A stretch of 64,000 bases of DNA from the human T2T-CHM13v2.0 reference genome, Homo sapiens, in the NCBI RefSeq assembly GCF_009914755.1, contig NC_060940.1. One strand, 5' to 3'. A program made the position numbers and the translations under genes. The notes under the pieces were generated by a model that did no database searches, was not told the origin of the DNA, and was given only the letters and a program-made list of their open reading frames with translations. Positions 54,621-64,000 of the stretch are shown in pieces (the stretch's first letter is position 1; each line of letters begins with the position of its first letter).

Positions 54621-57600
54621 CGAGAGCATGCCGCTCTGGACTCACTCCTCAAACATAACTGCTCTGCTGGAACGAGAGACTTCACCACCCTGTGCCTCAG
54701 TTTCCTCATCTGAAAGTAAGCAGGAGTCTGTTGTGAGCGGGATGTTTAAGGGATTTGGAACCAGAAGGTGGGCTTGGCTGACTTCCTGGCTGTACAACCT
54801 TAAGCAAGACACAAACCTCTCTGAGCCTTAGTTTCCCCATCTGGAACATGGGGAAGGTGAGTTGGGAGGATTAAATGAGATGATGCTGGTGAGGGTATGT
54901 AGCCTGGTGCCTGGCACGCAGCCAGTGGCCAATTGTGGTGGGCTACAGGTGTCCTGAGGTGTCCAGCACCAGTAGATGCTGAGATTCAGTGCCTCTGAAT
55001 CTGAAGTGGTGCTCCCAGCCCCCTCCAAGGAGGCCTTTGAATTCCCCAAGCTGTTGACATTTAATTGCAAAGCAAAACTTTCTCCTTAGGGCCCACCCTT
55101 TCTCAGACGCTCCCTCCTCCAAGGCTCTCTACCGCCCAGCCCAGTTCTCCCCTGCTACCTCCCATCTCTCTCCAGGGTGAAAAGGCTGCATCTGACTGTA
55201 AGGTGCACCCTTTTCCTCCTTGCCCTTAGCTGATGTCCGCTGCCCCAGAGAGGGGCACCCACCCATTGCTCGAGCTCCGTACAAGGGAATTTAACACCTC
55301 CCTCCACTCCCGGGTGGAGGATTGCTTTCCCTGAGGAGCCATCAGGCTGTCAGGTGGCTTGGACACACCGATGATGACGGTTCAGACAGGCAGCAAGAAG
55401 CACCAGGGAGACAGCCTAGAGGTCTGAGGGGTCCCAGCCTTGATTCTTCGCAGACTATGATGTATTCGTCCAGGCAACTGGGCCATGAGGCACCAGAAAT
55501 GAAGGATGTCGGGGAGGAAATGGAGCCAGTGATTGAGAGGTTCAAACTTCAGAGCAGGGTGTCCCCAGGAAGGGATTTGCTCCAGTCTGTGTGGCTGGGA
55601 CCTTAGACCCAGAGCAGAGCAGGGCATAGGCCCAGGGGATAGGGGAGGATGCTGGGATCCTGGAGGTGGCAAGGAGCGGGTGGGCGGGCAGGAGTGATGG
55701 GAAGAAAGCAGTGGTCCAGTTCACACCCATGTTGGTCCCTGGCCACCTGTGCTGTGTGGGTGTTCTGGCCCAGCTGCCCAGAACAGGGATGGGGGAGGAA
55801 TCTCAGATGAGGAAACATGTCCACATGGTGCCAGGGTACACCTGGTAAGACAGGCAAGATGAGCTGCCACCTGGGGCCTCCTACACGGAATCTCCCTCTC
55901 TCCTCTTCTTCCTCTGTAGCTTCCCCCTCCCCTTCCCCATTCACCCACTAGGGGTCACGTCGCTGTGTCTTCCAAAATCCTCACTCCTCATCTTCCCAAA
56001 GGAGTTAATCAGGAACTAATTAGGCTTGAGTCTCCTGCTTCGCTCAGGATTTGGAACACAGCCAGTGGGGAATGTGACGGGGATGCAGGCATTACTGTCA
56101 GGCTTTAGGAATAATCAGCCGGACACCCTCAGAGGACCATTGTCTGAAACTCTTGCCCTGGAAGTACTCAGAGGATAGGGTGAGGGGCATCTGCTGTCAG
56201 CCTCCTAAAGGGAGAAACTGAGGCCAGGAGGGCTTCTGCAGTCCATTAGCAAGCAGGCACAAACAAGAGTCACGGCTGAGAGCAGTTTTTTGGAGCTGGA
56301 CCGCCTGGGTTTATAGCATGTGGTTCTGGGAAGGTGACTTATTTTTCAAAGCCTCAGTTCCCTCTTGAAAATGGGAATAAATGTTACACACCTCCCAGAA
56401 TAGTGTGAGGATGAAGAAATCATATACAGATAGCACATAGCCATGTCCAGTGGACCTCTGCCAGTGGCCTGCAGTGTCAACATTGTGAACATGCATTGCA
56501 CACACGCTGTTTCCTAAACGTATGCATTTTCTCTTTGAATTCTGATAACCAGCTCTCTGATTTAGGAACTATACTTGTTCCCATTTTATTGATGAGAACA
56601 CTGAGGCTTGAAACGTTTAAGGACTATCTAATTCTGCCAGGTATAGAATAGTTAAAACATCACTATGACTCATCCTAATTGTATGAGTTTGTAAAACTGA
56701 TAATTACCACATTGTAATTTAGATGATATGTAATCAGTTATTAGAATGATTCTTTCATGTACATCTTCAATCATTTTATGTCTGAGAACTGAAAAAGAAT
56801 ATGTTAATTGTCCACAGGCTATAGAATTTTTAGACACCTTCGTATTTTGTTTTCCTGTTTGAACAGTAATCAAACTGATTTAAAAGAGCAGTTCCCTGTT
56901 CATTACCTATCCTTCTTCTCTCCATTTTTCTCTAGAGCACTTATTACCTCCAACATCTATATATCTTATTCATTTGTCTATTGTATGCCCACATCAATAT
57001 AATGTGAGCACTGCAAGAACAAGGACTTTTGACTGTTTTGTTCACTATATCCTCAGAGCCTAGACTAGTACCCAGCACTTATTGTGCCTTCCAAAATTAT
57101 AAAGTGTTTTACAAACATATGGTCTATTATTGTTATTATTTTTGCCAAGTGTATAGGTTGATTGAAAATAAAACATTAAGTTAATAGCAGAAACCATTCC
57201 CTCAAATATTTGGCAAATAGGACTTGCTCAAGTGCCAAGGATAATTTGATAAAGGTTAAAAACAATGGATATTATTTTTCTAGTATTATAATAAAGCTTA
57301 TCAGTGAGTTCAATGACAAGTAAATTAAAAAAATTTTTTTCAATAACAAATGACATGTTCAAAGGCAATTAGATTAGCCTTAAAATTTTTCCTTGAGAAC
57401 ACCCCGGCATGGTGGCACATGCCTGTAGTCAGCTGCTCCAGAGGCTGAGGCAGGATCTCTTGAGCCCAGGAGTTCAAGACCAGCCTAGGCAACCCTGGCT
57501 CTTGACAACAAACAAACAAAAACCCCACAACTTCTAATGAATTAACGATCACTGACTTATTCACTTAATTGCTTTTCATTTTGTTAGCACAAAATGTTTT

Positions 57601-58020
57601 TTTGAGTCTTCATTTTAATGATTTTTCGGATTGTTATTAAAGTCATACATGTTCATTGTAAGAAATACAATTGTAAAATCATTAAAAATGTAAAACGCAT
57701 AAAAATCCTCCTTAATCCCACCATCGCCCAGAGAGCACAATGACTGTGAACACATTCGTGTTCTTTCTGTCTGTGTTCTGTCCTTTCTAATCTTTTGCTA
57801 TGTATTAATATATTCCCTAGTTTTTTTTTTTCTTTTACAAAATAAGGATCACGGTATATGGTATATGCACAATTCTACAAACTATTGTGTGTGTGTGTTT
57901 TAAAAAATAACAGGGTTTTCCCCCCCTTAACATTATACTGAAAGTCTTTTTTACTTTTTTTTTTCTTTTTTTCCCCAGAAAGTCATCTTTAGACTGGACT
58001 GAAAGTCTTTATGTTATTAA

Positions 58021-58292
<272 letters not shown>

Positions 58293-59302
58293 GAAGGCCT
58301 CCTCAGTTTGAAGGCTGCCAAACACCTGGATCCCTTTTCTAGTATCAAGACCAAGTTACCTGTTTGCAAACCTCAGTGCCTTCTGCCCACCTCTGCCCAC
58401 CTCAGTGCTTTCTGCCACTGGCTTCTCATTACTTTTCTCCCCCACTCCTAAATTCATAGATTCCTTTATTCAATCATATGACAAACATGAGGGTATCCAC
58501 GCTGGCCAAGGTATGTTCTCTATTAGGGAAGTTACTAGCTGGGTTTCACCTCACATGAAGACCTTCCTGGGACAGGAGAAAGGTGTTGCCTGCTGCCTGA
58601 GGACCCCCAACTGCAGCTTCACAAGTGAGCCCCTGCCTTGGTGAGGCAGATGCAGTCTTTTCAAGATCAGTGCAACTGACCGAAGTCCCTGGGATTTCTG
58701 ACTTCCTTCTGGCTCTAGACAATCACATGCACACCCGCAGATCCATGAAACCCCTGTGACATGGCATCATGCCTTCACTCAGCAGTCACGGGGCACTTCC
58801 TATGTGCCAGGCACCATGCTGAGTGCCAGGGACACAGTGATTGTCTGAGCTGTCAAGACCTGGAGTCACCATCTCTCCCATCTCCACCATCTGCCGGTCA
58901 CCCAGGCAGACAGGGAATCACCTTACACTCCTCCTTCTTCCTCACCCTCTCTATCAGATCCATCTGTCCCTAAAACCCACCAAGGGTGTTCCCGCCCAGG
59001 GTCTTTTGCCCTCTCTGCTACCTGTACCCAGAATCCTCTCTCCCCAGGTATCTGCCCACCTAGCTTGCTTCCTCCAGTCTCTGCTTACCTGCACCCTCTC
59101 ACCAAGGCTTTCTGCAGCCGCTGTATCTAACCATCTAACAGTGCAATTCCCACCTGCACACACTGCTTCTGTTTTTCCTGTACTGTTAGCTTGCAGACTT
59201 CACCATTACCATTGCATCTCCAGTCCTAGTCAGAAAGGGACTGTCAAAGTGTGGCTCACCAGTCTGTCCCCAGCACCTAAAACCTGCTGCATCAGGGACT
59301 TT

Positions 59303-59628
59303 ATTTTATTTATTTATTTATTTTTATTATTTTTATTATTTTTGAGATGGAGTCTCCCTCTGTTGCCCAGGCTGGAGTGCAGTAGTGCAATCTTGGCTCA
59401 CTGCAACCCCCACCTCCCGGGTTCAAGTGATTCTCCTGCCTCAGCTTCCTGAGTAGCTGGGACTACAGGCGCACACCACCACACTCAGCTAATTTTTTTG
59501 TATTTTTAGTAGAGATAGGATTTCACCATGTTGGCCAGGCTGGTCTCCTAACTCCTAACTCCAAGTAATCCGCCCTCTTTGGCCTCTCAAAGTGCTGGGA
59601 TTACAGGCGTGAGCCACTGCACTCAGCC
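59303..59628 (-). mobile_element. AluS
   Basis: (TTTA)n tail followed by reverse Alu. Confidence 0.93.
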
Positions 59629-61695
59629 GAGACTTTCAATAAACACTTGAACCAGTGATGGCAGCCTCTGCCCCTCCTCTGCAGTCACCGTTGCCTTTGT
59701 TTAGGCCCCATCACCTCTGGCCACGGCCTCCCAAGCTCCCTGCCTCCTGTTTCCCTCACCTGGCGCCCCCTCCACCTTCCTAAAGAGAGAATAGCTGAGC
59801 AATCCTGCTTCAAATCCTCCTAGGAACCCTCTTGGGGCAGGGGCTCACCACCTCATCGGGCCCCTTATTCTTCTGAGTCACAGTGTTGTCATCTGTGAAT
59901 TGGGGATTTGTTTTGAGGATCCAGTAAGCTGACAGCATGTGGCAGCAACTGAGCAGAGGCTGTGTAAACAGGTGGCCATCCTGTGGCCTCTTTCACAAGG
60001 CCAGCCCACCCCCACAGCCTATCTCTGTCTGCCGCCCATGGTGTGAGGCTGGCCGCTCCTGGGGCCTTCCAGCTCTGTAAGCCTCTGCCATGAGGATCCC
60101 CAGACACTGGCGCGTCAGCAGACCCAGGCTCTCTCCCCTTAGCCACATGCTCCCCTGCCCAACTCTGAGTGTCACAGCAGAGCCCAGAGTGGAGATATTC
60201 CCGGAGCGGGGACATGAAGGGGAGTGGGAATGACGTGGACTTGCCACACACCATTCAGCCACTTCAAAGCCTGGAGTGCCACCAGCCCGCCCTCGAGTTC
60301 CCAGCCAGACAATCCAGTAGGAGATGAGTCACTGGCAGGAGCGAGCCTCGCATGCTGGGCTCAAAGAGAGGCGGGCAGGGGAAGAGGTGACCACGCTTGG
60401 CCTAGCAGCTGGGGTGGGCCTGCCCCCGACCCCGACCCCAACCCCGACCCCGACCCCTGGCAAAGGAACCACAGTCCCAGCCCATCTGTGCCCCTCATGG
60501 CTGTCTCCTCTCAGCAACTTCAGTCACATGCGTGCGGGACACCAGGATGGGCACTTGCTTACCTGGAGCCCCCACACCCAGCTCCTTTGTCTTGATGACC
60601 CCGACAAAGCTCTACCCTAGCAGAGGGTCTGATGCCACCAGGGAGTGGTTTTCTTCTGGGTCCTCCGGCAGAAATCCTGGAGTGGGGGAAGGGAGAAGGA
60701 AACAGGCAGCCAGGCTGAAAGTCCAGCTCCTATTTTAGGACCCCCCAAAGTCCCTCCATGTGTTTTCCAAGGGTTTTGTGGGACACCGCGTAGGTGCTTG
60801 GGAAATGAATCAATGGATGCAAGCCCGGGGTGCTAGGAGGTTGCAGCGGGAGGCTGTGTTTAAAGTGCTGATGGCATTGCAGGAGGCAGGGAGTGGCAGC
60901 CCGGGTTACTGTTGGCATCGTGGTCACCAATGGTGACAAGATGCCTGGGAAGCATCTCAGCTTTTTGCATAGAGATCCTCCTCTTCAGCAAGCCAAGCAC
61001 CTTTGAAAGGCAGCCTCCACCCCTCAGTCGTGCGCTTGCATCAGGCTGAGGTTGGCTTGCTCTAGTGTTTCCATGCACTTTTGAACTTCCCCTCCGTTCC
61101 CAACCCTGAGCTAGTTTGCAGAGGCCACACTGACCCTCCATGCCCTCGAGGAGCTACTGGTCTAGAATAATTTAGATCCGGAGTTGTCCTGGAAGGGCAC
61201 CCAGGTGTGACAGAAACACAGCCAGAGTGATCATTCTGTCTCCACCAGTCAAGGAGGACCTCACTGAAGAGGTGTCTTGATCTGGGTATTGACAGCTACA
61301 TAGGAGTTTGCCAAGTGGAAGGAATGGCATGCTAGGGAGAGGGAACAGCCCAGAAGGATGATCAGCCCAGGGTGTCTAGGAAGCAGGCCAGCCAGAGCAT
61401 CAGGGCAGCCGGTCTCTGGGGGTGTCCCTGGCAGTAACTGAGAGGCACTGGGGGTGAGAGAGTCCCTCTGCACACAGCTCTTCCTCCATCTCTTCTCTGT
61501 GACCTTGGATGGGTTATTTCCCTGAGCCTGTTCTCTCATCTGCACAATGGAAATGATGTCCCCCACCTCAAAAGTCTGTTGCAATACCATTGGTGACATT
61601 AGGCACATGCAGGTATTTGGTGAATGTGAGCCACAGCTGGAGGCCCCAGTGCCCAGAAGGCTTCCTTGTAGGGAAATGCAGCCAAAGTGCACTGA

Positions 61696-62004
<309 letters not shown>

Positions 62005-62431
62005 AAATAACTGGTTTTTCTATTTAACGTGAATCAGAGAACTGTCTTTGGAGAGTCTGTGCTCAAAAGTCTAATCCTTCAGTGCTAATACCAGCTCTGC
62101 CAATTCTTGGCAGTGTTTTGCCTCTCTGAGCCTTGGTGTCCTCATATTCTTCTTAGCCCCTCCCAAGCAGGGATGGCAAGCCTCAATTTGCTTTAGGGAT
62201 GAGGGATATATACCCCCTCATGACCCCTGCAGGGGCAAACTCTTTTCCCATTGGCTTTAGGGCTGCCAGCTATGCCCTGCAAAAGCCCACAGGGCTTGGC
62301 ACTCATGATCTCTGCTCACCAATGCCCACAGGTGCAGTTTCGCTTCTGCAAGGCAAGTGACCACACTCCCTAGAAATAAAAACCTTATCTCTCTCCTGTT
62401 CCTACAGCCTCATGTCCCTTGGGAGACATGA

Positions 62432-62958
<527 letters not shown>

Positions 62959-63898
62959 ATGAGTTACCTTTTTAAAATGTTTTCTCCATTGCAAATTGGA
63001 GTCAAAGTGACCTGGCCCTCCCTCACTGCTCTAGACATCCACTTGTTCATCAGGTTCATACTGGGGGGCGGGGAGAGAGGGAAAGAAGCATTTTCATTCT
63101 GTAGGCCTTTGTTTCTGAATCGGTAATTTAATATACAGATGCCTTCTAAAGAATTGTGCTGGCTGACAGTGTGGGCTCTGGAGTCAAACTGATCTGGACT
63201 CAAGTCTCAGCCAGTAGTTAGAAGCTGTGTGCCCTTGGGCAAGCTGCATAACCACTGAGCCTCAACTTCCTTGTTTATAAAATGGGGATGAAAAGAGCAT
63301 CCTCCTCTTATTTATGTTGGGGTAATAATAATAATAATAATAATATGGTTTGGGCTAGGTGTCAATGAACACCCTTCAAAAGCCAGCTGTGAGAGCTTGA
63401 ACTAGCCCCTCACCTCTCCAGGTCTCAGTGTTCCCAGCCCTGATAGTTCCAAGTGGCTCATGATGCCATGGTCTGTTGAAGTTGTCCAAAGCAGTGGGAT
63501 CTCACATTTTCATCATGAGACAGAAGAACTCTGGGATCCTAATTCCCACTCAAAGATCCACCCAAGAGAGATATCTCCTCCCCACCACCCCCCACCACTG
63601 GGACCCCAACACACACTTGCCCTACCCCTGTGTCCCTCTCCCCATTCTACAGCCCAGAGGTCCCCCAGCCCCTTGCCCAGACTAGGCACGTGCTCTCAAA
63701 GAAGTGACCATCCTCTCCCGCAGAGGTTGACAGCTCAGGAGATGTGAGCGCCCAGCCTGCAGGGGCTGTGGGTGCGCCATGGGCCCCCCAACACCTGCCT
63801 GTTTGTGTCTCCGCAGGTGAGTGGAGGGGCCTTCCCTGCGAGAAGTCAGAGCTGTGCCCGTGGGCAGGCTGGCTCCGCTGTTCTGCTCCAAGGATTAC

Positions 63899-63923
63899 AT
63901 GTCCTTCAAACGTCCCTGCCCCT
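63899..63923 (+). CDS. BEAN1: BEAN1 first coding exon (exon 63817-63923), encodes MSFKRPCP + 1 nt; gene continues beyond the window
   Basis: Acceptor tgtttgtgtctccgcag ends 63816; ATG TCC TTC AAA CGT CCC TGC CCC T matches the recalled BEAN1 N-terminus; donor gtaagt at 63924. Confidence 0.85.
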
Positions 63924-64000
63924 GTAAGTTTCCTCCCCACATCCTTCCACCACTTGGGGCCAGGCAAGGGCAGAGCTTGGAGTCGAGCTGCAGAGAACGG

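Overview
Human genomic DNA recognisable as the chr16q21-22 CDH5 - LINC00920 - BEAN1 locus, all on the + strand. The window opens inside CDH5 intron 1 (non-coding exon 1 is upstream). It holds all 11 coding exons of CDH5/VE-cadherin (5675-29370; 2355 nt = 784 aa + stop; all GT-AG, phases consistent) and the 3' UTR to AATAAA 30958. Next come an orphan CpG island with a near-consensus CTCF site (~32.8 kb), a probable two-exon lncRNA (LINC00920, ~34.7-37.1 kb) and a repeat-dense spacer. The window ends with the BEAN1 CpG-island promoter/exon 1 (~53.5 kb) and first coding exon (MSFKRPCP, 63899-63923). Most short ORFs in the track are repeat or GC-content artefacts. No new protein-coding gene is evident. 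Best leads: (1) BEAN1's start-codon exon begins with a CAG/GTGAGT recursive or dual-specificity splice site, next to a cryptic upstream acceptor and a strong-Kozak uORF; (2) an L1PA 3' transduction with TSDs and its own poly(A) signal; (3) a 45-bp GATA-motif VNTR behind CDH5 exon 2; (4) an LTR22-like LTR abutting that exon; (5) an intronic in-frame extension that could give a membrane-anchored tail-only VE-cadherin. Gene and repeat-family names come from recall of known sequences, not database searches.
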